Positions 55,163-64,000 of a stretch of 64,000 nucleotides of DNA are shown here, in pieces. The stretch's first letter is position 1. The number at the start of each line of letters is the position of its first letter. A program made the position numbers and the translations under genes. Location: IMG/VR virus record IMGVR_UViG_2595698517_000001, positions 1 to 64,000 of that record; one strand, given 5' to 3'. The stretch is from a virus. Lineage: Duplodnaviria; Caudoviricetes. Under the pieces are notes generated by a model, which was given only the letters and a program-made list of their open reading frames with translations, did no database searches and was not told the DNA's origin.

Positions 55163-56419
55163 CTATTTTTTAAGTTTCTTAAGTAAACCTATAGGACTCA
55201 TAACAGCCTTCTTAGAGAAAGCAAGATTCTTCATTACTGTTGTAATTGCATTCTTTTTCTTGTTACCTGTGATTTCGTCCATCCCTCCTCTATTATCTAA
55301 ATGTTTCGCTATGATGTTAGGTGGGTTCGTCATACGTCCGAATCCGCCAATTACTACTATTAATTTGATAACTGTACCTGTGAAGTCTGTTGGTGTAGGG
55401 ATACCGAAGATGAACCAACCGATGATTAATAGGAATAGAGAGTGGAATACTTGCACCAGGGATAAATGCTTTAGGTTCGACCACCATTGGTTGAATAGAT
55501 GTCTGTATGAATCGAATACCCAGGCTACTAATGCTAATGGAGTAACTACACCTAGTACGAGTAGGTCAAAGAATCGTCTACCGTTTTGCCATAATAGCGG
55601 GATGACTGTACTAATCAGGACTACATCGAATGCAATAAGAGCTATGACATCGACTGTACTAAAAGTGGTAGAGAGAGCGGCAGTTTTCATCGTGTCTCCG
55701 CCCAGGGCTGAAATCTTTTCAGATAGAAAGTTTAGGAATTGGAAGGCTCTTTGGAATACATACGGAACAACTGCTGTGAATCCTGCAACCAGGCTCCAAC
55801 GTTTTATGATCGTAGAAAATTCCATTGGTGCTGATACTAGAGACTTCTTCCCGTCTTTGACACCCGATAGCATTCTTTTGATTCCTTCTATAATAGTTAG
55901 AACTGTCGCTGCTCCTAAAGCTACTGCACTGAATAGGTGGCACATGTTAAAGAACCATTCATTATCGAATAACCATAATGGAGTTTTCAGGATCAGGTCG
56001 GAACAAAGTTGGTATATCCATGCCATAAGGTCTGCGGACATTTGCCCGATTGCTTTTGGTAGTCCCTCGATTAGTTTTGTAAATTCCCCAAACCAGTTAA
56101 TAATCTTTTGTATTGGGTCAGGTATAAGAGTGTTTTGTACTTGCCCTGTAAAGAAGTTCGTTACAGTTTGAAACATGCTTCCGCCTTGCCCGTCAAAGAA
56201 TGAGTTGGTCGATGCTGCATAAGCACGTTCTGTAATCGATGTGAAGAAGAAGGTAGAAATAGCTGCTACTGGAATTGTCGCAATTTTTACATATTTTATA
56301 AGGCTAGTTTTAAGAAGTCTAAGTTGTCGAATAGAAGCTTCGCCAGGTAGTATAGTAGGTAAACACTCGGAATACTTATCAACACCTGCACGAGCCCTCT
56401 TAGTATGTCTTGGCTCCAT
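55163..56419 (-). CDS. Polytopic membrane protein, TrbL/VirB6-like (true start likely near 56297)
   Basis: Several TM helices; RRFFDLLVLGVVTPLALVAW. Confidence 0.65.
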   Translation of the reverse strand: MEPRHTKRARAGVDKYSECLPTILPGEASIRQLRLLKTSLIKYVKIATIPVAAISTFFFTSITERAYAASTNSFFDGQGGSMFQTVTNFFTGQVQNTLIPDPIQKIINWFGEFTKLIEGLPKAIGQMSADLMAWIYQLCSDLILKTPLWLFDNEWFFNMCHLFSAVALGAATVLTIIEGIKRMLSGVKDGKKSLVSAPMEFSTIIKRWSLVAGFTAVVPYVFQRAFQFLNFLSEKISALGGDTMKTAALSTTFSTVDVIALIAFDVVLISTVIPLLWQNGRRFFDLLVLGVVTPLALVAWVFDSYRHLFNQWWSNLKHLSLVQVFHSLFLLIIGWFIFGIPTPTDFTGTVIKLIVVIGGFGRMTNPPNIIAKHLDNRGGMDEITGNKKKNAITTVMKNLAFSKKAVMSPIGLLKKLKK

Positions 56420-56826
56420 GCATCTGCTTCTTGTTTCTTTCTGAACATTCTGTAAATTCCCGCTACTGCTAACATGACGATCGCTGTTACTACTCCGACT
56501 GCTACTGCTACACCCGCTACCATTAACCCGTACTTGAATATCATGGCAGGTGTTATAGCGGACGATGTAACCGTTGCTGTTGCTGCGAATGCTTTCGGTG
56601 CGGTGTTTAGTGTCATCCCCAGGACGGACATTGTTACCTTTAACAGTTTTTTCATTTTCTTTACCTTTTTTACTCGTTTCCCGTCTACCTCCTGCATCAC
56701 CTCCTCGATTAGATTGTTTACCATAAAAACCGATTCGTCTTCAGTTTTAGTCACTGTAACCTTTTTGAATGGAACATACTCTACACCTTCAGTTAACTTA
56801 CGAGCTCTTATATTTGCAGTTATCAT
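56296..56826 (-). CDS. Membrane protein, pilin-like topology
   Basis: AFA processing-like site then two TM helices. Confidence 0.65.
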   Translation of the reverse strand: MITANIRARKLTEGVEYVPFKKVTVTKTEDESVFMVNNLIEEVMQEVDGKRVKKVKKMKKLLKVTMSVLGMTLNTAPKAFAATATVTSSAITPAMIFKYGLMVAGVAVAVGVVTAIVMLAVAGIYRMFRKKQEADAWSQDILRGLVQVLISIPSVYLLYYLAKLLFDNLDFLKLAL

Positions 56827-56854
56827 TTTTACTTCCTCCTTTATAGTTACTAGC

Positions 56855-57034
56855 TTATTTAGCGTTCTTAGGGCGATTCATCATGCTTTGCATACGTTCT
56901 CTATGATCTGTCTTCTCCTTCTCACCATTGCTAAAATTGTACTCATACGTGTGTAGCCATTTGAACACGGTAGATACTGCCACCCCACTTACGCACATAA
57001 CCACGATAGACGCACCCGTTACAAGAATACCCAT
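56855..57034 (-). CDS. 59-aa membrane protein not in ORF track (MGILVTGASIVV...)
   Basis: RBS GGAGG; N-terminal TM. Confidence 0.6.
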   Translation of the reverse strand: MGILVTGASIVVMCVSGVAVSTVFKWLHTYEYNFSNGEKEKTDHRERMQSMMNRPKNAK

Positions 57035-57109
57035 TTTAAAAACCTCCGTATAATTTATTTTGGTTTGGTAAAACTACTTTCAACGAATCACTATAAAGGA
57101 GGAAGCGAA

Positions 57110-57280
57110 ATGTTTTTAGGCTATGATTACAACAAATATGAAACTCGTTACGAAAAACAAATGGAATTGATAAATCATTTAGTGCTTCATGAAATTAAGG
57201 AGAAGAAAAATATTAATATCGACATGAAGGAACTTTACAAAATTTTAGAAACTTTACACGATTTTCGAGTGATTGATTAA
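57110..57280 (+). CDS. Small hypothetical protein (divergent)
   Basis: RBS AAAGGAGG before MFLGYDY. Confidence 0.6.
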   Translation: MFLGYDYNKYETRYEKQMELINHLVLHEIKEKKNINIDMKELYKILETLHDFRVID

Positions 57281-57415
57281 TTCCCTTTTAACCCCTTGAT
57301 AGCACTGTATTTACCCTTAATTCCCCTGGAATCTAGACTCATAAAATCGTGGGAATTTAGGGGGTGAATAAGCTGTTACTGGGAATTAAGGAAAAAGGGA
57401 ATTTGGGAATTAAGG
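57279..57415. repeat. GGGAATT(AAGG) direct and inverted repeats
   Basis: AATTCCC at 57279, 57319; GGGAATT at 57351, 57381, 57397, 57405. Confidence 0.75.
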
Positions 57416-57420
57416 ACTGT

Positions 57421-57744
57421 TTAGAAATTGTCTAACTTGCTTTCTATCTCCTTATTAGACACTTCTTTCCTCTCAAGTTTGATGTTCATTAATGGCTTTG
57501 TAATACTTTGTGTGCGATTGTCATACTTTGCGCCTGAAGCCTTTGGTTTATAAGGCTTTGAAGGAGTATTACTTTGTGGTACTTTGTCATACATTCTGCC
57601 GCTCTTCTGTAATTCTCTGTATTTAATACCGTCCCTAATCAGTTCTCTAATGACGTGTGCAAAGCTTGCGTGCTGCATTAAGGGTTCGACTACTAATAGA
57701 ATATCCGCATCCAGTGTTTCCCTGAGATACAGTGACTGTCTCAT
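57421..57744 (-). CDS. ParR-like ribbon-helix-helix adaptor (tentative)
   Basis: Directly downstream of ParM; RQSLYL..DADI...SFAHVIRELIRDGI; disordered C-terminus. Confidence 0.6.
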   Translation of the reverse strand: MRQSLYLRETLDADILLVVEPLMQHASFAHVIRELIRDGIKYRELQKSGRMYDKVPQSNTPSKPYKPKASGAKYDNRTQSITKPLMNIKLERKEVSNKEIESKLDNF

Positions 57745-57756
57745 AAAACCTCCCTC

Positions 57757-58863
57757 CTACCCTCTAAATGAATTACCGCCTACCTGAATACTAATGTTCT
57801 TCTTTGTCTTTCTAGCCAATCGTATACCGTACTTACGAAGCCCTCTTGCATTTGCGAAGCGGTCTAGGAAGATCATATTAACTCCTCTATCCTTAAATCG
57901 TTCTTCTAAGTAAGGACGTAATAGCTCTGCTCCGCCACCAGTGAATATAATGCTCGTTACAAACCCGTAGGAATCGATTAGCAGCTTATCAAGTGTGTTT
58001 AGGATTCTATTTGCGTGATTCTCATACGCCTGGTTGATTAAAGGAGTAATGTCTATATTCCGTATTTCCTTTTCAGTCATAATCATTGGAAGCTTTCCAT
58101 CAGGTACCAGGATACCTTTTTCTGTTTCTAAGTACTCACCTACAGTTTGATAAGCCTGGAACATTCCGAAATTATTATGTGTTGTAAGCCCAGGCTGTTC
58201 TTCTAGTGCATCTAATGTCAGAATATTTAAAGTTCTTGCTCCAACATCTGCAATTACGTTAAACCCTTTAGCTAAGTTATGATCGATAATCTCTCCTTCT
58301 CCATTTAGCATTACGTCACATATGGAACCAAATGGCTGCTTCTTAATGACTACATCTTCTACTGTTACGCATCTAGGAAGAAATTCTTTTCCATCGTAGG
58401 AGATTTCTAATTCGTGTGTACCCTGTACGAGCTTCATTAATGCGTCTCTACGCTCTTTTGTATCATTCTTAATAGGTAAGTTCATCATTAGAGTGTACAT
58501 GCGCTCTCTGTAGCCCCTAGCCATTCTAGCTAGTGCTGTTTTGAACAGGATACCGAATCGTTTGTCAAGGTGCTTATTTTCCCCACCTATCCAGTCTACA
58601 TTCGTTCCCATCTTGATTGCGTAATTACCGACTACCCATTTCTGACCATCGATATTGACTGCCAGGTACTCTAGCTTACTCCCATTTGAGAACTCATCTT
58701 GTGGCTTATGTTTGAATGGAATTACGAATGACGGGATCAGTAGCGGTGTTCCTGTGCTATCGAACTTAAGGTCTCCGAACCCATCATCTAATGAAGCAAC
58801 CGAGATACCATCATCTACAGGAGGAATTTTTATTGATTTATTCGTTATCATACTTTTACACAC
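57757..58863 (-). CDS. ParM/StbA-like actin-fold ATPase
   Basis: LDDGFGDLK, QPFG, ADVGARTLN, FTGGGA, ANARG. Confidence 0.88.
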   Translation of the reverse strand: MCKSMITNKSIKIPPVDDGISVASLDDGFGDLKFDSTGTPLLIPSFVIPFKHKPQDEFSNGSKLEYLAVNIDGQKWVVGNYAIKMGTNVDWIGGENKHLDKRFGILFKTALARMARGYRERMYTLMMNLPIKNDTKERRDALMKLVQGTHELEISYDGKEFLPRCVTVEDVVIKKQPFGSICDVMLNGEGEIIDHNLAKGFNVIADVGARTLNILTLDALEEQPGLTTHNNFGMFQAYQTVGEYLETEKGILVPDGKLPMIMTEKEIRNIDITPLINQAYENHANRILNTLDKLLIDSYGFVTSIIFTGGGAELLRPYLEERFKDRGVNMIFLDRFANARGLRKYGIRLARKTKKNISIQVGGNSFRG

Positions 58864-59026
58864 CTTTCAAATTTGTTTGTATTACTTTGTAACACTCTCT
58901 AACTTGGTGTGTGAGAAAGTGTGTTTTTGTAATACTTTACTAAATGATATGGGCGTGTGTGGAGAATGTTGCCAGTACATAAAAAAAAAGTTCCGATTTT
59001 TTATCGAAACTTTGTACATTGTGTCC

Positions 59027-59269
59027 TTATTTGTGGACATCGGACGATTGAATTAGTAGTAGCATTTCAGCAATAGGGCGGTAATATGGCTTATTGTCCG
59101 CTATAACTAGGTAACGAGTATTTTCCGTCTTCCCTTGCTGCTGTCGGAACATGTTGACACGCTCGACAATATTGTCTAACATTTGTAGTTCTGTATCCGT
59201 ACATACCTGGGATACCTCGTCAATATCCCATACAATGTAGTTCGGTGCTTGCTTTTCGTTCTGTTCCAT
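59027..59269 (-). CDS. Small protein, possibly Acb4-like sponge family
   Basis: YIV...L..IV..V...R...GK..N..YLV...KPY pattern. Confidence 0.45.
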   Translation of the reverse strand: MEQNEKQAPNYIVWDIDEVSQVCTDTELQMLDNIVERVNMFRQQQGKTENTRYLVIADNKPYYRPIAEMLLLIQSSDVHK

Positions 59270-59279
59270 TTGAATCCTC

Positions 59280-60980
59280 CTAGTTGTTAACCTTCATATT
59301 GAAGTTTACCTTTTCAGCAGGTAACTCTTGGACTACACGTATTAGTTGTTCCAATTTTCCAATAACTTCACCCTTAGGAAGAGCGTTACCCGTAGCTGTG
59401 AGGTCTACCGTCATACTAAATGACGACTCCGCAGGTTTACTAGCTGCTTCTAACATTGCGATTTCTTTAGAGAAGTCACGGTTTTCTATTCGATCATGTA
59501 TCGCTCTTTTTATCTCTTCCTTAGATACAGGTCTAATCCCCATACCGACTGATAAAGGCTTCACATCCGTACCTACAGTTAAGGGAGAAACTGGATTAGA
59601 TTTACCGACTACAGGGGTTGTAAGAGTCATATCAGGTTTATATTGTAATGCGGCTCCACCTGGTATTACTCCTTTTACTACACCTACATCTCCACCCTGG
59701 ATAGCTGCGTTAGCTGCTTGGCGTTCCTTCTTCGCTTTATCCATACCTGCTAATATTTCCATACCTGCTGTTGTTTTAACAATATCGATACGAAGCTTAT
59801 TCGCATAGTACCAAACGTTTGCATAAGGTACCCCTGTTTTTTCTTCAATTTCAGGTACAGTGTATACACCTTTTTTCAATAATTCTATTACTTGTGCTCT
59901 TTGTTCCTTTGTAATTCTTTTAGGAGCTTTCTTTTTCTCAGTCACTTCGATCACCTTCTCCTCTTTAATTGGTTCTTCTTTCACTACAGGCTTAGGTTTC
60001 GCTACTGGTTTAGCAGGAGCTACAGTCTTCACCTCCTTCTCAGTAGCACGGAACTTTTTTTCAAGTACCTCTAGCTTGTCCATCGGAACTAGGGTAACCT
60101 CATTTATATCCTTTAAGTTCATATCCGTTTCACGTAACAATTTTCCTGCTCTCTTTCTATCGCCTGTTCTTGACATCGGCTTTCCCTCCTTAGTTAATTC
60201 TTCCTTTAATGTTGCTAATGCTCTTCTTTCTAATCGTGAAACCTGTACCTGAGAGACCCCTAGAATCTTAGCTACTTCTGTCTGACCCTTATCATGTAAG
60301 TAACGAAGCTCTACAATTTGGCGCTCCCTTTCAGGTAATGATTCCATAGCATCTCTAACTTCCATATGGTCGAGCCAGTTACCATTTACATCGCCTGAGA
60401 CGATTTCACCAAAGGATATGTCTTCACTACCTTTAGCTATACCGCCACTATAGAAAGATTCATCCATACTTTTAACAGTGTGATTATAAAGAAAATCTAG
60501 AGATCGCTCAACACGTTTAATAGCTCTATCGTAAGGTACATCTTCTTGTACAAGATTAAGTGCCGCTACAATCTCCGCAGGAGTTTCTTTTTCCATCTCT
60601 GCTTTTAAGATTCTGTACGCAAGTTCCTTAACGATTCTAGGGATTTTAATAATGTTATCATCACGTAAGAACAAACGAATTGCCCCTTGTATGATTGGTA
60701 CTGCGTATGTAGAAAACTGTACGTCATAGCTCAGGTCGAATCTTCGAATACTGTTAATAAGACCAATCATGCCAATTTGGTATATGTCCTCAGGTGTCAT
60801 ATCTTCTCTGTGATTGTACTTATTTGTCACCTTCAGGACTAAACGTTCATTCGCAAATATTAACTTTTCCTCAGCTTCTTGTGACCCTTCCTGCGCTTCC
60901 TTGATTAATGATCTGATTTCCTCTTGAGATAATTTAAACTTTTTCGCTTCCCTCTTGATTTTTACACCTTTTCTTCCCAT
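59280..60980 (-). CDS. SigF/SigG-like sigma factor with long C-terminal extension
   Basis: DIYQIGMIGLINSIRRFDLSYDVQFSTYAVPIIQGAIRLFLRDD; QTEVAKILGVSQVQVSRLER. Confidence 0.9.
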   Translation of the reverse strand: MGRKGVKIKREAKKFKLSQEEIRSLIKEAQEGSQEAEEKLIFANERLVLKVTNKYNHREDMTPEDIYQIGMIGLINSIRRFDLSYDVQFSTYAVPIIQGAIRLFLRDDNIIKIPRIVKELAYRILKAEMEKETPAEIVAALNLVQEDVPYDRAIKRVERSLDFLYNHTVKSMDESFYSGGIAKGSEDISFGEIVSGDVNGNWLDHMEVRDAMESLPERERQIVELRYLHDKGQTEVAKILGVSQVQVSRLERRALATLKEELTKEGKPMSRTGDRKRAGKLLRETDMNLKDINEVTLVPMDKLEVLEKKFRATEKEVKTVAPAKPVAKPKPVVKEEPIKEEKVIEVTEKKKAPKRITKEQRAQVIELLKKGVYTVPEIEEKTGVPYANVWYYANKLRIDIVKTTAGMEILAGMDKAKKERQAANAAIQGGDVGVVKGVIPGGAALQYKPDMTLTTPVVGKSNPVSPLTVGTDVKPLSVGMGIRPVSKEEIKRAIHDRIENRDFSKEIAMLEAASKPAESSFSMTVDLTATGNALPKGEVIGKLEQLIRVVQELPAEKVNFNMKVNN

Positions 60981-61001
60981 CGTTTCTCCTCCTCGACATT
61001 T

Positions 61002-61742
61002 TTATGAGTGTATTAACCGCTCTTTTTCTATTTCTTTCCTTAACTGCGCTAGTGCCGCTGTCTCTAAACGAGATATTTGAGCACCTGACACTCCGAATAT
61101 TGGAGCTATTTCTCTGTTAACCAAACTATACCAGTATTTTAACTTTATAATTTCCTTTGACCTGGAATCCAAACGGTTTAAGATTTCTTCTATTTCTATA
61201 ACTTGTAACCATTCTCCATTTACATCTCCTGACAGTTCAATGACCATATCTTTCTTTTCGCCTTCTAAAAGCTTGTCTATCGATAGTAGCGGGTTATGTA
61301 TAATCTGCAAAGCTGTCTCAATACACTCTATGTCGTCCGTATCTAGGGCTGCTGATATTTCTTCAATCGTGCTTTCTGTCAGAGCTTTTGAATGTATCTT
61401 CTGAATCGCTACGCTCACATTACGAGGTATCCGCATTGTGTGCCTATGTTCTCGTAACCAAGTGCTTATTTCCCCATTCACTTTCGTTACTACATAGGAA
61501 GAAAATTTTACTTTCTTTTTAGTATCATAATCTCTGATCGCTTTCAGTAATGCAACCATCCCCATCTGAATGAAATCGTCCGCTTCGTAACCTGGGTGGT
61601 AGTACCTCTGTGCTGCGTGACCCACCAGGCGTACATGACCTTCTACAAGTTGTTCTATTGCTGTTTCGCTTCCTTCTTGTGCCTGTAAAAGGAGATCGTT
61701 CGTTTCCGCATCAGAGAGAATGTCATGCTTAAAGTTGTACAT
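61002..61742 (-). CDS. Second sigma-70 family (SigB/F/G-like) sigma factor
   Basis: DDFIQMGMVALLKAIRDYD...FSSY; EIAPIFGVSGAQISRLE. Confidence 0.88.
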   Translation of the reverse strand: MYNFKHDILSDAETNDLLLQAQEGSETAIEQLVEGHVRLVGHAAQRYYHPGYEADDFIQMGMVALLKAIRDYDTKKKVKFSSYVVTKVNGEISTWLREHRHTMRIPRNVSVAIQKIHSKALTESTIEEISAALDTDDIECIETALQIIHNPLLSIDKLLEGEKKDMVIELSGDVNGEWLQVIEIEEILNRLDSRSKEIIKLKYWYSLVNREIAPIFGVSGAQISRLETAALAQLRKEIEKERLIHS

Positions 61743-61911
61743 GTCCTCATCTCCACTGTGTTTTTCTTGTTAAATACAGTGTATCAAAAGTCTGTAACTT
61801 TGTCTATAATGTTTTTGTTCTTTTTTCAAAAGTTATAGAATATATGCAATTCATCGAAAATTATGACTAAAAGGATAAAAAAAATAGGCGTTAGGTGCAA
61901 CGCCTGGGTAT

Positions 61912-62187
61912 TTAGTTCTGTTCCGATACTAGACCTACTGCTAAGTAATCAGGTTCAGCTACCTCGATCACTTTCCATCCGAATACTGTGTCTGCTTTTA
62001 CACCTTCAATAACCTTGCCTGACTCGTCAAAATACTGCATGAGAGCTACTACATTACTTCCTGCGTATAAACGGTTCGGTGATACCTTGTTCTTTGTATG
62101 GAACGATTTACCCAGTTCCCAAATTACATTTTTTAATTCCTTTGCATATTGCTTTCTTTCCTCAGTTGTTGTCCTCATAATTGACAT
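61912..62187 (-). CDS. Hypothetical protein
   Basis: RBS GAGGAG. Confidence 0.65.
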   Translation of the reverse strand: MSIMRTTTEERKQYAKELKNVIWELGKSFHTKNKVSPNRLYAGSNVVALMQYFDESGKVIEGVKADTVFGWKVIEVAEPDYLAVGLVSEQN

Positions 62188-62380
62188 CTCCTCTTCGAAT
62201 GATTTTTACTTGCTTGTGTACGTTACGTAAAGCTTCCTGCCCTGTGTCACCGTCTATAACGATTACCCCACTGAATGGATTAATTTCTACATAAAACGTA
62301 AGACCGTCAAGAACTACCTTATCATCTAAAGCAATAAGCTTGTTATTTTTATCTCGGTACGGTGTCATAATTAAACCCAC
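62162..62380 (-). CDS. Hypothetical protein (YopX-like start)
   Basis: YRDKNNKLI..DDKV. Confidence 0.6.
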   Translation of the reverse strand: MGLIMTPYRDKNNKLIALDDKVVLDGLTFYVEINPFSGVIVIDGDTGQEALRNVHKQVKIIRRGDVNYEDNN

Positions 62381-62429
62381 GTTGTTGACCTCCTGTGCAT
62401 ATTTTAAGGGGCGGTTAAGCCCCTCTATG

Positions 62430-63224
62430 TTAGTTAGCTTTTACTACAAATTTTGGAGTACCTGGTTTCTTAATCTTCGTAGCCTTAACTGCATCCACAA
62501 CTTCTTTATCCAGTTTAGCAGAAGCAAGAACACCTTCCAGTTTCTTACCGTTAACACGAACCTCTGTAGCCTGTTTGATAAGGTCTTTGTGTTCACCTAG
62601 AGCTAAGATTACATCGTTTAAGTCGTAATCAGTGTAAAGTGAAGTTGAGTTAGAAGCCGCTGACTCCTGGAACATTACACGCTTACCTTCTGTACCTTTG
62701 ATTTCGTTAAGCTTGTTGTTGTTCATGTATTCCGTGATGCTTGGTTTTAACTTTTTCAGTTTAGCTTCAAGTGCCGCTTTTTCTGCATGTAATTTAAGAT
62801 ATTCGTCTACATCTTTTTGTGCTTTAGGAGAAATGTCAGATACTTCTTCCTCTTCCACTACTGGTGTTTCAGCTCCTGTTGGTTGTAACAAGCTATCGAA
62901 CCCACTTGATATTACACGTAAACCATCTTCTTTAACTGCTGTAGCTTTTACTTCTGTCCATCCGTAGTTTAAGAAGCTGTCACGCACTTTATTTAGATCG
63001 TAAGCATTACCCATGTTAGTTGTTTGTACTCCACGAGTTACAGATACAAGACCGTTACGGTCAACCGATACGATTGCTTCCTCTTTACTTTTATTGTGAA
63101 CGAATTTTACCACCTGTGCCATATTAACTTCCTCCTCAGTTCCGAATAGTTGTTGGTTTACAATATCTAACTTTCTTGCCGCTTGCTCCATTGATCCTAC
63201 TTCTTTACGTTCTCTCTTAGCCAT
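62430..63224 (-). CDS. Hypothetical protein
   Basis: RBS AGGAGG; own promoter 63267-63295. Confidence 0.8.
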   Translation of the reverse strand: MAKRERKEVGSMEQAARKLDIVNQQLFGTEEEVNMAQVVKFVHNKSKEEAIVSVDRNGLVSVTRGVQTTNMGNAYDLNKVRDSFLNYGWTEVKATAVKEDGLRVISSGFDSLLQPTGAETPVVEEEEVSDISPKAQKDVDEYLKLHAEKAALEAKLKKLKPSITEYMNNNKLNEIKGTEGKRVMFQESAASNSTSLYTDYDLNDVILALGEHKDLIKQATEVRVNGKKLEGVLASAKLDKEVVDAVKATKIKKPGTPKFVVKAN

Positions 63225-63266
63225 TTTGTTTCCTCCTAAAATTTGTTTTGTTTTTAACTTGTCTTC

Positions 63267-63295
63267 ATCTTATCATGTTGTTTTCCAAAGGTCAA
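63267..63295 (-). promoter_or_regulatory. Early sigma-A promoter with conserved spacer
   Basis: TTGACC-TTTGGAAAACAACATGA-TAAGAT. Confidence 0.7.
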
Positions 63296-63380
63296 CACTT
63301 TTTATAAAAAAACTTTTATTAAATGTTAGAGAGCATGTTACAGTGTGTTTGTACCTATAACATGCTCCATTGTGACTAAA

Positions 63381-63614
63381 TTATACTCGTGAATTAAAGA
63401 ATGTACCTAGCAGGACTAAGATAACGATTGGAATAAATATGAACCAATATACTCCTGCGTATGTAACACTTGCACCGAAAACGAAGTGCATTAACACCCA
63501 AGCTAGTGCTGCGGGTATAACACAACCGATAGCAACGTATACTACTAATAGAGCGATCGCTATTAGGATTCCTATGACCGCTCCTGCTGTTCCTTTAGAG
63601 CTTTTTCTTCTCAC
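63381..63614 (-). CDS. Membrane protein
   Basis: Hydrophobic helices. Confidence 0.65.
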   Translation of the reverse strand: MRRKSSKGTAGAVIGILIAIALLVVYVAIGCVIPAALAWVLMHFVFGASVTYAGVYWFIFIPIVILVLLGTFFNSRV

Positions 63615-63840
63615 TGTTTGTCCCCTCCTTTTTATCCTCTAAAACCATTGCCCATATTACAGGGAATGTTAATACAAAACTTACCCAATAAATTGCTTTA
63701 GTTGAGAAGTCGTATTCTAAAATTCCATTGAATACTACGTAGCCCATGCCTGTAGTCCCTAGTGAAGCTAATGTAACTAATCCCAGGAATATGATGAACC
63801 CTGCGAAGCTTTCTAGCATCCTTACGCCTTTAGTTTTCAT
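63595..63840 (-). CDS. Membrane protein
   Basis: Hydrophobic helices; RBS GGAG. Confidence 0.65.
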   Translation of the reverse strand: MKTKGVRMLESFAGFIIFLGLVTLASLGTTGMGYVVFNGILEYDFSTKAIYWVSFVLTFPVIWAMVLEDKKEGTNSEKKKL

Positions 63841-64000
63841 TTTGCGCTCTCATCTCCTTCAGCTTCTTGAGCATTTCTACATAAGTCATTGCAGGAATGT
63901 CATTAATAACTTTAAAGAAATAAGTTAACTCCATATCCCTACACCCTATGTAGTAAGGTTCTTCTTTTTTAGTTTCTAGATCAAGACTCGTTAACTTACG

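Noticed and set aside
55260-56171. 303-aa + strand ORF and similar antisense ORFs (39859, 56474, 59284)
   Set aside because: Shadows of well-supported minus-strand genes

Overview
A 64-kb segment of a large lytic Bacillus (probably B. cereus group) myovirus of the Herelleviridae/Bastillevirinae type; the gene order and tRNA count resemble BCP78/TsarBomba-like phages (inference, no search run). Layout: a minus-strand cluster of 19 tRNAs with structured spacers and a free-standing PD-(D/E)XK endonuclease (1-2.9 kb); an AT-rich repeat region and XRE regulator; terminase small/large subunits; a DUF4127-SLH protein; an amidase endolysin; PhoH, PcfJ, ThyA, dNMP kinase, DHFR; a YjbA/MdfA-like protein; a PAPS-reductase-family gene broken by one in-frame TGA; a probable long-terminal-repeat/early region (~25.4-32.5 kb); many small minus-strand early genes; an Apyc1-like MBL hydrolase; an HNH nuclease; an FtsK/membrane/ParM-ParR module; and two sporulation-type sigma factors. 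The most striking unexplained structure is a ~1-kb non-coding array (29113-30110) of CodY-box-like 15-mers (about 16 primary boxes plus overlapping partners at the 9-bp offset known for CodY operators), interleaved with six perfect -35 elements that lack good -10 boxes and followed by five phased 13-bp repeats. The same putative terminal region also holds a near-perfect parS site and tandem Spo0A boxes, suggesting a DNA platform that senses or titrates host nutrient and sporulation regulators. All family calls are from motif recognition by eye.
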